From assembly GCA_021776215.1 (NCBI GenBank), contig JAJFGI010000028.1, positions 1 to 62,457 on the forward strand: a DNA stretch of 62,457 nucleotides, read 5' to 3'. Below, in pieces: positions 52,589 through 62,217 of the stretch. Position 1 is the first letter of the stretch; each line of letters opens with the position of its first letter. Under the pieces are notes generated by a model. The model made no database searches, was not told the DNA's origin, and saw only the letters and a program-made list of their open reading frames with translations. The DNA is from Kiloniellaceae bacterium (lineage in GTDB: Bacteria > Pseudomonadota > Alphaproteobacteria > Kiloniellales > J153). Both the position numbers and the translations under genes were made by a program.

Positions 52589-54301
52589 ATGGCCAAGATG
52601 ACCCGCGCCGCCTATGCCGCCATGTACGGCCCCACCACCGGAGACCTGATCCGCCTCGGCGATACCGAGCTTTGGGCGGAGATCGAGAAGGACCACGCGG
52701 TGCCGGGCGACGAGTGTCTGCACGGCGGCGGCAAGACCCTGCGCGACGGCCTGGGGACGGTGGCCGGCGCGACAAGCAAGGAGGGCGTCCTCGATTTCCT
52801 AATCTGCAACGTGGTGGTCATTGATGCTGTCCTCGGCATCGTCAAGGGCGACCTCGGCATCAAGGACGGCAAGATTGTCGGCCTCGGCAAGGCGGGCAAC
52901 CCGGACACCATGGATGGCGTCGATCCCAAGTTGCTGGTCGGCGCTGCCACCACCGTGCGCGACGCCGAGGGCCTGATCGCCACCGCCGGCGGCATCGATG
53001 TACATGTCCATTTCGACAGCGCCCAGTTGGTCGAGCACGCCATATCTTCGGGCATCACCACCATGATCGGCGGCTCGCTTGGTCCGATCACCGTCGGCAT
53101 CGACAGCGGTGGACCCTTCAACGTCGGCAAGATGCTGCAGGCCGCCGAGGCGTGGCCGATGAACTTCGGGTTTCTCGGCCGAGGCAACTCCCACAAGCCG
53201 GCCTCTCTGGTCGAGCAGATGGAGACCGGCTGCCTGGGTCTCAAAATCCACGAAGACTGGGGCGCCATGCCGGCCGCTATCGACTGCTGCCTACAGGTCG
53301 CCGACGATCTCGACTTCCAAGTCCAGCTCCACACCGACACTCTGAACGAAAGTGGCTTCGTCGAAGATACCCTGGCGGCCATTGCCGGGCGCACAATTCA
53401 TATGTACCACACCGAGGGGGCGGGCGGCGGCCATGCGCCGGACATCATCCGGGTGGCCGGGGAAGACTACTGCCTGCCGTCCTCCACCAACCCGACCAAT
53501 CCCTTCACCGTGAACACCTTCGATGAACACCTGGATATGACCATGGTGTGCCATCATTTGAACCCGGCAATTCCGGAAGACGTCGCCTTTGCCGAAAGTC
53601 GCATCCGCGCTCAGACCATCGCCGCCGAGGACGTGCTACACGATATCGGCGCCATCTCCATGCTGGGCTCCGACAGCCAGGGCATGGGGCGCATCAACGA
53701 AGTGATCTGCCGCACCTGGCAGCTAGCCTCCAAGATGAAGGTGCAGCGCGGACGCCTGCCCGAAGAGACGGCAGCCAAGGGCGACAACGCGCGTATCAAG
53801 CGGTTCATCGCCAAATACACCGTCAACGCCGCCCGCTGCTTCGGCATCACCGATTACGTCGGCAGCCTGGAGCCGGGCAAGATGGCAGACGTGGTGCTGT
53901 GGCGCCCCGCCTTCTTCGGCATCAAACCGGAACTGGTGGTCAAGGGTGGCTTCATCGCATGGGGCGCCATGGGCGACAGTGCCGCCAGCCTGATGACCTG
54001 CGAGCCGATGCGGCTGCGCCCGCAGTGGGGCGCCTTCGGCCGCGCCAAGCAGGCGCTCAGCGCCTGCTTCGTGCACCCTCTGGCCATCGACAAGGATCTC
54101 GCCGCCAGCCTCGACTTGAAGAAGCCGCTGCTACCGGCGCAGGGCACCCGGAAGCTGCGCAAGGGCAACATGTTGCACAACGATGCGTGCCCCAGCATCC
54201 GGGTGGATCCGGCTACCTTTGACGTCTTCGTCGACGGCGTGCTGGCGACTTGCGAGCCGGCGGCCGAGCTGCCACTGACCCAGAGGTACATGCTGCGATG
54301 A
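52589..54301 (+). CDS. ureC: Urease alpha (catalytic) subunit
   Basis: Track ORF, 570 aa, with [37 protein letters not shown] and GSDSQGMGR. Confidence 0.95.
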   Translation: MAKMTRAAYAAMYGPTTGDLIRLGDTELWAEIEKDHAVPGDECLHGGGKTLRDGLGTVAGATSKEGVLDFLICNVVVIDAVLGIVKGDLGIKDGKIVGLGKAGNPDTMDGVDPKLLVGAATTVRDAEGLIATAGGIDVHVHFDSAQLVEHAISSGITTMIGGSLGPITVGIDSGGPFNVGKMLQAAEAWPMNFGFLGRGNSHKPASLVEQMETGCLGLKIHEDWGAMPAAIDCCLQVADDLDFQVQLHTDTLNESGFVEDTLAAIAGRTIHMYHTEGAGGGHAPDIIRVAGEDYCLPSSTNPTNPFTVNTFDEHLDMTMVCHHLNPAIPEDVAFAESRIRAQTIAAEDVLHDIGAISMLGSDSQGMGRINEVICRTWQLASKMKVQRGRLPEETAAKGDNARIKRFIAKYTVNAARCFGITDYVGSLEPGKMADVVLWRPAFFGIKPELVVKGGFIAWGAMGDSAASLMTCEPMRLRPQWGAFGRAKQALSACFVHPLAIDKDLAASLDLKKPLLPAQGTRKLRKGNMLHNDACPSIRVDPATFDVFVDGVLATCEPAAELPLTQRYMLR

Positions 54302-54960
54302 CGGCCCTGGGGATAAAACCTGCGGCGCCGAACGCCGCGCGGATCGGCATCGGGGGTCCCGTCGGATCCGGCAAGACCGCCCTTATCGAATGCCTGATCC
54401 CGCGCTTTCAGGCCGTCGGCATCGACCTCGCCGTCATCACCAACGACCTAGTGACCAAGGAGGATGCCGAGCGCCTGCAACGCAGCGGCCTTATCGACCC
54501 GAAGCGGGTCATGGCCGTCGAAGCCGGCGCTTGCCCCCATACGGTGATCCGCGAGGATCCGACCCTCAACATTGCCGCGGCCGAGGAATGCGAGCGGCGT
54601 TTCCCGAACCTCGACCTGATCATCATCGAATCCGGCGGCGACAATCTGGCTTCCACCTTCTCGCTCGATCTGGTCGACTGGTGGATGTTTGTGATCGATG
54701 TCGCCCAGGGCGACGATATTCCGCGCAAGCGCGGTCCGGCGATCCTGCAAGCCGACCTGCTGGTCATCAATAAGACCGACCTGGCGCCGTACGTCGGTGT
54801 CGATGCCGAGGCAGTCCTCGCCGAGGCCTTGCAGATTCGCGACAGCAGACCGACCATTGCCTGTCGCTGCCGCGGCGGCGACAGCGACCCCGGCCTCGAT
54901 GCCATAGTCGAGGCGATCGGCCATGACGTGTTATTCACCGCGCGCGGGGCGGCGCCATGA
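54298..54960 (+). CDS. ureG: Urease accessory GTPase UreG
   Basis: Track ORF 54250..54960. The start was chosen at the ATG overlapping the ureC stop (ATGA). It has the P-loop [11 protein letters not shown], the Ni-binding motif GACPHT, ESGGDNL and NKTDL. Confidence 0.9.
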   Translation: MTALGIKPAAPNAARIGIGGPVGSGKTALIECLIPRFQAVGIDLAVITNDLVTKEDAERLQRSGLIDPKRVMAVEAGACPHTVIREDPTLNIAAAEECERRFPNLDLIIIESGGDNLASTFSLDLVDWWMFVIDVAQGDDIPRKRGPAILQADLLVINKTDLAPYVGVDAEAVLAEALQIRDSRPTIACRCRGGDSDPGLDAIVEAIGHDVLFTARGAAP

Positions 54961-55850
54961 ACCTGGTGACGCCGCTGAAGCCGGTGGAACTCCCAACGCG
55001 CGGGCCGGCGGCGCCGCGGCAGGTCGCCGCCAAGCTCACTTTCCGCCGGCACGGCAGCCGCAGCTTCCTGGCGCACCAACATACGCCGCACCCTTTTCAT
55101 CTCACACGACCTTTCTACCTCCCAGGCGACCCACAGGGGATGGCGACGCTCTATCTGCAGTCTTCCTCCGGCGGCCTCTACGGTGACGACGACCTAAGTC
55201 TGCACATTGCCCTGGAGGAAGGCGCCGGCGCCCACGTCACCACCCAGGCCTCGACTATCGTACACGCGGCGCGCGGCGGCACCACGCAGCAGAGCGTGGT
55301 ACTCGACTGCGGCAAGGAGAGCCTGCTTGAATACTTGCCCGACCCGCTGATCCTCTTCGCCGGGGCAAGGCTGCGCGCACGCTTCTCCGCGCAGCTCGAC
55401 CGCAGCGCCGCCCTCATCTTCGCCGACAGCTTTCTCGTCCACGATCCTGGCGCGGGAACCTCAATCTTCGAGCGATTCGAGAACGACATCGTGATCCGCC
55501 GCCGCGGCGAGGACTTGCCGCTCCTCATCGAGCGTCAGTACCTTGCCGCGACCGACTGGCCGGCAGCTGGCTCCTTGTCGCTGCCGAGCTATGGCTGCCA
55601 TGGCAGCCTGGGAGTCATATCGGACTGCCCCTGCGACGAGGTGGCGGCGGCCGTGAAGCGGGGCATTGCCGAGGCCGGCCTCGACCGCGCGGCCTGCTAC
55701 GCCGGCGTCAATGCTCTGCCGGAACGCGGCCTTGTCTGGACGCGCTTCCTCTGCCGCGACGGCGCCGCCCTCTCCGGCGCGCTGGCTGCCGCCTGGTGCG
55801 GCGCCCGTCTAGCCCTCACCGGCCGCCAACCACCACCCCGCAAAAAGTAG
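54957..55850 (+). CDS. ureD: Urease accessory protein UreD/UreH
   Basis: Track ORF, 297 aa. It overlaps ureG by ATGA. The blocks [14 protein letters not shown] and HVTTQAST are typical of UreD. Confidence 0.8.
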   Translation: MNLVTPLKPVELPTRGPAAPRQVAAKLTFRRHGSRSFLAHQHTPHPFHLTRPFYLPGDPQGMATLYLQSSSGGLYGDDDLSLHIALEEGAGAHVTTQASTIVHAARGGTTQQSVVLDCGKESLLEYLPDPLILFAGARLRARFSAQLDRSAALIFADSFLVHDPGAGTSIFERFENDIVIRRRGEDLPLLIERQYLAATDWPAAGSLSLPSYGCHGSLGVISDCPCDEVAAAVKRGIAEAGLDRAACYAGVNALPERGLVWTRFLCRDGAALSGALAAAWCGARLALTGRQPPPRKK

Positions 55851-56187
55851 CTCAGGTCATCAGGTAGAGCGCAAGCCGTTGAAGAAATCGAGCTTGTGGA
55901 GGAAAGGTCTCGGAAAAACCGATTGAATATGGCCGGCTACACAGGTGCGACTACTGGCCGCATTTCCGAATTCCGCCAGCACTAGCCTCGAAGCCCGCAC
56001 AGAACTTCGCCCGGACCGGCTGGCCTCGCGCGTGCGTGCGCGTGAGGTGATGGGGGGTGAGAGTGCACCGCTGTGTCACCGGACCATGGGGCAATCCGCT
56101 ATAATTTTTGTCACCCCAGTTGTCACCCGAAATCAAAATACAAGGCAAAGAGTCCGCCCTTTTTGTCAGATAACCTATTGAAAAACA

Positions 56188-56262
56188 TGGTGGGCGCGAC
56201 TGGGATTGAACCAGTGACCTCCTCGGTGTGAACGAGGCGCTCTCCCGCTGAGCTACGCGCCC
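56188..56262 (-). tRNA. tRNA-Val (anticodon CAC), CCA encoded
   Basis: The reverse complement is GGGCGCGTAGCTCAGCGGGAGAGCGCCTCGTTCACACCGAGGAGGTCACTGGTTCAATCCCAGTCGCGCCCACCA. I folded the cloverleaf by hand: acceptor GGGCGCG/CGCGCCC, D stem GCTC/GAGC, anticodon stem CCTCG/CGAGG with loop TTCACAC, and T stem ACTGG/CCAGT with loop TTCAATC. Confidence 0.92.
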
Positions 56263-56314
56263 ATGCTCCGGCCGGCGGCGGGCCACATGATGTAGGGCAG
56301 GGCCGCGCCGGCTG

Positions 56315-57022
56315 TCAAGCGAACGGCCCTGTTTCAGGCTGGCCCACCGTGGCCAGGGCCGCCGGCAAGTCGGCGAAGGTGTGGATCAGCGCATCGGCGC
56401 CAAGCTCGTGCGCCGGCACCGGGCCATAGCCGCTGGCAATCGCGATGACCGGCAGCCCGGCCGCGCGTGCGGCCAGCACGTCGTTAAGGCTGTCGCCCAA
56501 CATGACGGCATCGCCCGGCGCCGCGCCGAGAATGTCCAGCACTCCCTGCACATGCCCCGGGTCGGGTTTCCTAACGGTGAAGGTATCGCCGCCGGCGACC
56601 GCCTCGAACAGGCCGCCCAGGCCCAGGGCGGCGAGGAGGTGCCGGCTTGGCGCTTCCGGCTTGTTCGTGCACACGGCCAGGCGCCAGCCGGCACTCTTCA
56701 GATCGCTCAGAGTCTCCACGGCGCCGGTGTAGGGCCGGGTCAGCTCGGTCATGCGCCCCTCGTAGAAGGCCAGGTAGCGCGCCACGTAGTCCGCCAGGGT
56801 CCTGGCATCGGGCACGCCGCCACTTGCCGCCAGGGCCCGCTCGACCAGCTTCGCGACCCCATCGCCGACCATGCGGCGCACCGCCGCCTCGGAAAGGGGC
56901 GGGCGGGTGGCTTCGGCCAGCAGGTCGTTGACCGCCGAAGTCAAATCCGGGGCGCTGTCGACGAGGGTGCCATCGAGATCGCAGATGAGGATCCGGACAG
57001 GCTTAAGCCCCTGGTGAGACAT
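56315..57022 (-). CDS. gph: Phosphoglycolate phosphatase (HAD superfamily)
   Basis: This is the C-terminal 235 codons of track ORF 56315..58630, starting at MSHQGLKPVRILICDLDGTLVDS (HAD motif I). CTNKPE and GDSLNDVLAARAAG are also present. The rest of the long ORF is antisense to glmU. Confidence 0.85.
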   Translation of the reverse strand: MSHQGLKPVRILICDLDGTLVDSAPDLTSAVNDLLAEATRPPLSEAAVRRMVGDGVAKLVERALAASGGVPDARTLADYVARYLAFYEGRMTELTRPYTGAVETLSDLKSAGWRLAVCTNKPEAPSRHLLAALGLGGLFEAVAGGDTFTVRKPDPGHVQGVLDILGAAPGDAVMLGDSLNDVLAARAAGLPVIAIASGYGPVPAHELGADALIHTFADLPAALATVGQPETGPFA

Positions 57023-57148
57023 GTAATTTCCGGCAACAATTGTTGATTTGCAGGGCGGACCGGGCCTGTGGCATGGTCCGCCTGCCATGCCCAGGCGTTG
57101 TGCCAGGGACGGGCCCCAACCACAAGATTTTCCTCCGCTAGAGCGCTC

Positions 57149-58597
57149 ATGACCCTCTCCAAGCTTGCCGTTGTCGTGCTGGCCGCCGGCCAGGGAACGC
57201 GCATGAAATCGACGCGCCCCAAGGTCCTGCACCAGGTGGCCGGGCGGACCATGCTCGACCACGTGCTGGAGGCCGTCGCCGGCCTGGAACCCGAGCGGGT
57301 GGTGGTGGTCATCGCCCCGGACATGCCCGCGGTGGCCAAGGCTGTCGCCGCCCGGCCCGATGGGCGCGTGCGCACGGCGATCCAGGACCGGCAGCTTGGC
57401 ACCGGCCATGCGGTGGCCTGTGCCAAGAACGCACTGACCGGCTATCACGGGCCCGACGGATCGGGCGACGTGCTGGTGGTTTTTGGCGACACGCCGTTGC
57501 TGACCTCGGCAACCCTGACCGCCCTCTGCGCCCGCCGGCAGGCGGCCGATGCTCCCGATCTGCTGGGCCTGGCGTTCGAGCCCGCCGACCCGGCGCAATA
57601 TGGTCGGTTTGTCTTGGACGATAACGGTCAGGTGTTGCGCATCGTCGAATATCCGGATGCCAGCCCGGCGGAGCGGGCCATTGGCCTGTGCAATGCCGGC
57701 GTTCTGCTCGGCAATGGTCCGGTGCTGTTCTCCTTGATCGAACGCCTGGGCACCGACAACGCCAAGGGCGAGTATTACCTCACCGACCTGTTCGCCCTGG
57801 CCAGCACCGCCGGCCACCGCACCGGGGTGGGCGAGGCCGACCCGGCCGAGGTGCTGGGCATCAATTCGCGCGCCGAGCTGGCCGCCGCCGAGGCGGTTTT
57901 GCAGAGGCGCTTGCGCGCCGAGGCCATGGCCGACGGCGTGACCCTGGTCGATCCCGCCACGACGTGGTTCAGCGCCGACACCCGCTTGGGCCGCGATGTG
58001 ACCGTGCAGCCAAACGTTTTCTTCGGTCCGGGTGTGGTGGTGGGCGACGACGTGGAGATCCGCGCCTTTTGTCACCTCGAGGGGGCGACGGTCGAGACCG
58101 GCGCCGTGATCGGTCCCTACGCCCGCTTGCGCCCCGGTACCGTGGTGGGGGCGGGTGCCCGGATCGGTAATTTCGTCGAGACCAAGAACACCGTGCTCGG
58201 CCCCGGGGCCAAGGCCAATCATCTGACCTATCTGGGCGATGCCCAGGTCGGCGCCAAGGCGAACGTCGGGGCCGGCACCATCACCTGCAATTACGATGGC
58301 TTTGGCAAGCATCTGACGAGCATCGGCGAAGGGGCATTCATCGGCTCCAACACCGCCCTGGTGGCGCCGGTGCGTATCGGCAAGGGCGCCATCGTCGGCG
58401 CCGGCAGCACCATCACCGAGGATGTGGCGGCCGACGCCCTGGCGGTCGGGCGCGGTCCGCAGAAGGCCCACCCCGGCGCCGCCAAGCGGTTTCGCCAACG
58501 GCGGGAATCGGTGGGAACCGGGCAAAAGGCGGGGGCAGGGAAAAAGAAAGGTTCCTCGGGCAAAAAGAAGGCACTCAAGCGCAGGAAGGACGGCTAG
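57149..58597 (+). CDS. glmU: Bifunctional UDP-N-acetylglucosamine pyrophosphorylase / glucosamine-1-phosphate N-acetyltransferase
   Basis: Track ORF 57068..58597. The start was chosen at MTLSKLAVVVLAAGQGTRMKS. Left-handed beta-helix hexapeptide repeats are present in the C-terminal half. It ends in an unusually Lys-rich tail. Confidence 0.9.
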   Translation: MTLSKLAVVVLAAGQGTRMKSTRPKVLHQVAGRTMLDHVLEAVAGLEPERVVVVIAPDMPAVAKAVAARPDGRVRTAIQDRQLGTGHAVACAKNALTGYHGPDGSGDVLVVFGDTPLLTSATLTALCARRQAADAPDLLGLAFEPADPAQYGRFVLDDNGQVLRIVEYPDASPAERAIGLCNAGVLLGNGPVLFSLIERLGTDNAKGEYYLTDLFALASTAGHRTGVGEADPAEVLGINSRAELAAAEAVLQRRLRAEAMADGVTLVDPATTWFSADTRLGRDVTVQPNVFFGPGVVVGDDVEIRAFCHLEGATVETGAVIGPYARLRPGTVVGAGARIGNFVETKNTVLGPGAKANHLTYLGDAQVGAKANVGAGTITCNYDGFGKHLTSIGEGAFIGSNTALVAPVRIGKGAIVGAGSTITEDVAADALAVGRGPQKAHPGAAKRFRQRRESVGTGQKAGAGKKKGSSGKKKALKRRKDG

Positions 58598-58601
58598 ACC
58601 C

Positions 58602-60425
58602 ATGTGCGGCATTATCGGCATTCTCGGCAACGCCCCGGTTGCTCCGCTTCTGATCGACGGACTGAAGCGGTTGGAGTATCGCGGCTATGACTCGGCGGGA
58701 ATCGCGACCCTGAGCAATGGCCACATTGATCGGCGCCGGGCCGAGGGCAAGCTGGTCAACCTGGCCGCCCTAGTGGAGCGCGAACCGCTAGCGGGAACGA
58801 CCGGTATCGGCCATACCCGCTGGGCCACCCACGGCCAGCCGAACGAGTCGAATGCCCATCCGCATGCCAACCAGCGTGTCGCTATCGTGCACAACGGCAT
58901 CATCGAGAACTTCCAGGAACTGCGGGAGGAGCTGACGGCCCGCGGCCACAAGTTCGAAACCGAGACCGACAGCGAGGTCGTGGTTCACCTCGTCACCGAT
59001 TATCTGGATCAGCAGATGACACCACAGGACGCGGTGGCCGAGGCCCTGGTCCGCTTGCAGGGCGCCTTCGCCCTCGCGATCATTTTCGCCGGGCGGCACG
59101 ACCTCATGGTCGGTGCCCGGTGCGGCAGTCCGCTGGCCGTCGGCTATGGCGACGGCGAGATGTATCTGGGGTCGGACGCCCTGGCGCTGGCGCCGTTGAC
59201 CAACCGCATTTGCTATTTGGAGGAAGGCGACTGGGTCGAGCTCAGCCGCGGTACGGCGACAGTGCACGATGCCACCGGCGCGGTGGTCGAGCGCGCGGTG
59301 ACACAGACCGCGCTGTCCGGCGCCCTGATCGGCAAGGGCCAGTACCGCCACTTCATGCAGAAGGAGATTTTCGAGCAACCGGCGGTGATCGGCGACACCC
59401 TGCAGAGCTACATCAATCCCTTGCGCCGCACGGTCGAAATGCAGGAATTGCCGTTCGATCTGGCCGGCATCCCGCGCATTACCATCAGCGCCTGCGGCAC
59501 CGCGTTTTACGCCGGCATGGTTGCCAAGTACTGGTTCGAGCAGATCGCCCGCCAGCCGGTGGAAATCGACATCGCGTCGGAATTCCGTTACCGCGAGGCA
59601 CCGATGCCCGAGGGCGGCCTCGGCCTGTTCATCTCCCAATCGGGCGAGACCATCGATACCCTGTGGGCCCTGCGTTACGCGAAGTCGCAGGGGCAAAACA
59701 TCCTGTCGATTCTCAATCGGCCGGAAAGCTCGATCGCCCGCGAATCCGATGCGGTGCTCACGACGCTCGCCGGGCCAGAAATCGGCGTCGCCTCCACTAA
59801 GGCGTTCACGACCCAGCTATCGTTGCTCGCCTGCCTGGCGATTGCCACGGCGCGCGCGCGCGGCGCCATCGATGCCAAGGCCGAGGCGGTGCTCACCGGC
59901 GCGTTGATCGAAGTGCCGGCGCGGGTCGCCGAGATTCTCAACCACGACGAAGATATCCAGGACATCGCGCACGTCCTGGCCGAGGCGCGGGACGTGCTCT
60001 ACCTGGCCCGCGGCAACGTCTTTCCCATCGCCATGGAAGGCGCTCTCAAGCTGAAGGAAATCAGCTATATCCATGCGGAAGGGTATGCCGCCGGGGAGAT
60101 GAAGCACGGGCCGATCGCGCTGATCGACGAGACCGTGCCGGTCATCGTTTGCGCCCCGTCCGGTCCGCTGTTCGAAAAGACCGCCTCCAATGTGGCCGAG
60201 GTCGCGGCGCGTGGCGGCATGGTGATCCTCATCTCCGACGCCAAGGGTATCAAGAAGCTGGGCGACAAGGCGGTGCATACCATCGAGATCCCGGTCATCG
60301 ACCCCTTTGTGGCACCAATCCTCTATTCCATACCGGTGCAGTTGCTCGCCTATCATACGGCAGTGATTAAAGGGACCGACGTGGATCAACCGCGAAATCT
60401 GGCCAAAAGCGTCACCGTCGAGTAG
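58602..60425 (+). CDS. glmS: Glutamine--fructose-6-phosphate aminotransferase
   Basis: Track ORF 58422..60425. The true start is MCGIIGILG (Ntn Cys2) at 58602, 4 nt after the glmU stop. It has two SIS domains and ends in the family-typical ...LAKSVTVE. Confidence 0.95.
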   Translation: MCGIIGILGNAPVAPLLIDGLKRLEYRGYDSAGIATLSNGHIDRRRAEGKLVNLAALVEREPLAGTTGIGHTRWATHGQPNESNAHPHANQRVAIVHNGIIENFQELREELTARGHKFETETDSEVVVHLVTDYLDQQMTPQDAVAEALVRLQGAFALAIIFAGRHDLMVGARCGSPLAVGYGDGEMYLGSDALALAPLTNRICYLEEGDWVELSRGTATVHDATGAVVERAVTQTALSGALIGKGQYRHFMQKEIFEQPAVIGDTLQSYINPLRRTVEMQELPFDLAGIPRITISACGTAFYAGMVAKYWFEQIARQPVEIDIASEFRYREAPMPEGGLGLFISQSGETIDTLWALRYAKSQGQNILSILNRPESSIARESDAVLTTLAGPEIGVASTKAFTTQLSLLACLAIATARARGAIDAKAEAVLTGALIEVPARVAEILNHDEDIQDIAHVLAEARDVLYLARGNVFPIAMEGALKLKEISYIHAEGYAAGEMKHGPIALIDETVPVIVCAPSGPLFEKTASNVAEVAARGGMVILISDAKGIKKLGDKAVHTIEIPVIDPFVAPILYSIPVQLLAYHTAVIKGTDVDQPRNLAKSVTVE

Positions 60426-60524
60426 AGCCCGCTCGTCGGCGTTCCCTGCCGGTATTCGGCCAGACATAAAACACAGTAGAATATCGTAAAATAGAAATAA
60501 TAGCAGTCAAGCTGTGTAATTTAT

Positions 60525-60553
60525 CTTGACAACTCCCTAGTTCGCCGTATTTC
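60525..60553 (+). promoter_or_regulatory. Candidate sigma-70-type promoter CTTGAC-N17-TATTTC
   Basis: The -35 CTTGAC (60525-60530) and the -10-like TATTTC (60548-60553) have 17-nt spacing, inside an AT-rich patch downstream of glmS. This is motif inspection only. Confidence 0.3.
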
Positions 60554-60627
60554 ATAAGAACGAGCGCCGAATTTGACCGTCGGCTTGCGGGCGCTCGGGA
60601 AAATGCAGCTAAGCGACGGGTCGGATC

Positions 60628-60660
60628 AAACCGCCCAGCCATGCTGCGGCGGTTTTCTTG
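60628..60660 (+). terminator. Intrinsic terminator/attenuator hairpin inside the glmS-cysG intergenic region
   Basis: AAACCGCCCAGC-CAT-GCTGCGGCGGTTT (one bulge), running into TTTTCTT. It lies 130 nt upstream of the cysG start. Confidence 0.55.
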
Positions 60661-60791
60661 ATCGGCCTGGTCCAGCCTCAATCGGACCCGCGGGATTTGA
60701 GTGGGCAGCTTGCGACCGCGCCAACAATCGCTAAAGCGCCACGGGGAGATGCTCCGTGGGCCCGTTGCGTGGATGCCAAGGAGCACACGTC

Positions 60792-62204
60792 ATGCGGTAC
60801 TTCCCGGCCTTTTTGGATTTGGCGGATCGGTCCTGTCTGGTGGTCGGCGGCGGTGACGCGGCGGCGCGCAAGGTGCGGCTGCTGCGCAAGGCCGGTGCCG
60901 CGGTGCGCGTGGTCGCCCCACGGGTCGGTCTTGAACTCGCCGCCTTGGCCGCACGCGGAGAGCTGAGCCTGGTTCGGCGCGGCTTTGTCGCCGGCGACGT
61001 GCGCGGTTGCGCCGTAGTTCATGCGGCGACCGGGCTGGCCGAGGTCGATGCGCGGGTCGCCGAGGCCGCCAGTGGCGCCGGCGTGCCGGTCAACGTGGTC
61101 GACCGGGCCGAAATCTCCAGTTTCATCGTACCGGCCATTGTCGATCGCGACCCGGTCGTGGTCGGCATCTCGACCGGCGGCGCGGCGCCCGTGCTTGCCC
61201 GCCGGTTGCGTGCCGAAATCGAGGTGCGGTTGCCGGCGCGCCTGGGCGTACTAGCCCGCTTTGCCGAAAGTTTCCGCGCTTCGGTCGCCGCGTTATTGCC
61301 GGCGCCCGCCGCCCGCCTGCGTTTCTGGGAGCGCTTCTTCGACGGCCCTGTCGCCGAGGACGTGCTGGCCGGACGCGGGCGGGCAGGGGGCGAAAAAATG
61401 TTGAGCCTGGTCAACCGAGCCGCCGGTGCGCCCGAGGGGCTGGTTTCGATTGTCGGCGCCGGGCCGGGCGATCCGGAGCTGCTGACTCTCAAGGCCCTGC
61501 GCCTTCTGGAACGGGCCGACGTCGTGGTCTACGACAAATTGGTCGGTCCCGCCGTCCTCGAATATGCCCGCCGCGATGCGGAGCGCATCTACGTCGGCAA
61601 GTCCCGGGGCAATCACGCCCGCACTCAGGCGCAGATCAACGATTTGCTCGTTGCGCACGCCCGTCTCGGCAAGCGGGTGCTCCGCCTCAAGGGCGGCGAT
61701 CCCTTCGTCTTCGGCCGCGGCGCCGAGGAGCAAGCCTATGTGCGTCGCCACGGCATCCGGGTCGAAGTGGTGCCCGGCATCACGGCGGCGGTCGGCTGCG
61801 GCGCGACCACCGGCATCCCGCTGACCCACCGGGCGCACGCGGCGGCGGTGACCTTCGTCACCGGGCACGGCCGCAATGGCGAGCCGGACGTGGACTGGAC
61901 GGCGCTGGCGCGCTCGCGCCACACCTTGGTCATCTACATGGGGGTGGCCACGGCCGGACGTATTGCCGAGCGCCTGATCACCCACGGCTTGGCGCCGGAA
62001 ACGCCGGTGGCGGTGATCGAGAACGGCAGCCTAGCCACGCAAAAGACCGTGATTGGAAGCCTTCGCGCGCTGGCTGAATTGATCCGCGACAACGGCATCA
62101 TCGGCCCGGCGGTGATCGTCGTCGGCGACGTGGTGACCGAGGCCGATGCCGGCGCAACCTGGGCCGACGCGGCGGCGCGCGGCGCCCGCGCTCTGGCCGG
62201 TTGA
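60792..62204 (+). CDS. cysG: Siroheme synthase (precorrin-2 dehydrogenase/sirohydrochlorin ferrochelatase + uroporphyrinogen-III C-methyltransferase)
   Basis: Track ORF 60756..62204. The start was chosen after SD aaggag at MRYFPAFLDLADRSCLVVGGGDAAARKV. The C-terminal SUMT block is VSIVGAGPGDPELLTLKALRLLERADVVVYD. Confidence 0.9.
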   Translation: MRYFPAFLDLADRSCLVVGGGDAAARKVRLLRKAGAAVRVVAPRVGLELAALAARGELSLVRRGFVAGDVRGCAVVHAATGLAEVDARVAEAASGAGVPVNVVDRAEISSFIVPAIVDRDPVVVGISTGGAAPVLARRLRAEIEVRLPARLGVLARFAESFRASVAALLPAPAARLRFWERFFDGPVAEDVLAGRGRAGGEKMLSLVNRAAGAPEGLVSIVGAGPGDPELLTLKALRLLERADVVVYDKLVGPAVLEYARRDAERIYVGKSRGNHARTQAQINDLLVAHARLGKRVLRLKGGDPFVFGRGAEEQAYVRRHGIRVEVVPGITAAVGCGATTGIPLTHRAHAAAVTFVTGHGRNGEPDVDWTALARSRHTLVIYMGVATAGRIAERLITHGLAPETPVAVIENGSLATQKTVIGSLRALAELIRDNGIIGPAVIVVGDVVTEADAGATWADAAARGARALAG

Positions 62205-62217
62205 GGAGTCTGGAACG

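Noticed and set aside
55851-56187. Search for an integrase, transposase or attachment-site duplicate next to tRNA-Val
   Set aside because: No ORF with recombinase motifs occurs on either strand, and I could not spot a second copy of the tRNA 3' end in the window. A mobile-element call is therefore not supported.
58598-58601. Possibility of a glmS ribozyme or leader upstream of glmS
   Set aside because: glmS starts 4 nt after the glmU stop, so there is no room for a structured leader. The ribozyme is in any case a feature of Gram-positive lineages.
57023-58630. The upstream two-thirds of the 771-aa minus-strand track ORF 56315..58630
   Set aside because: Only the last 235 codons (56315-57022, HAD phosphatase starting MSHQGL...) look like a real protein. 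The rest is a Gly/Ala/Arg-rich translation lying antisense to the well-supported glmU gene, which is the typical artefact of open antisense frames in high-GC DNA.
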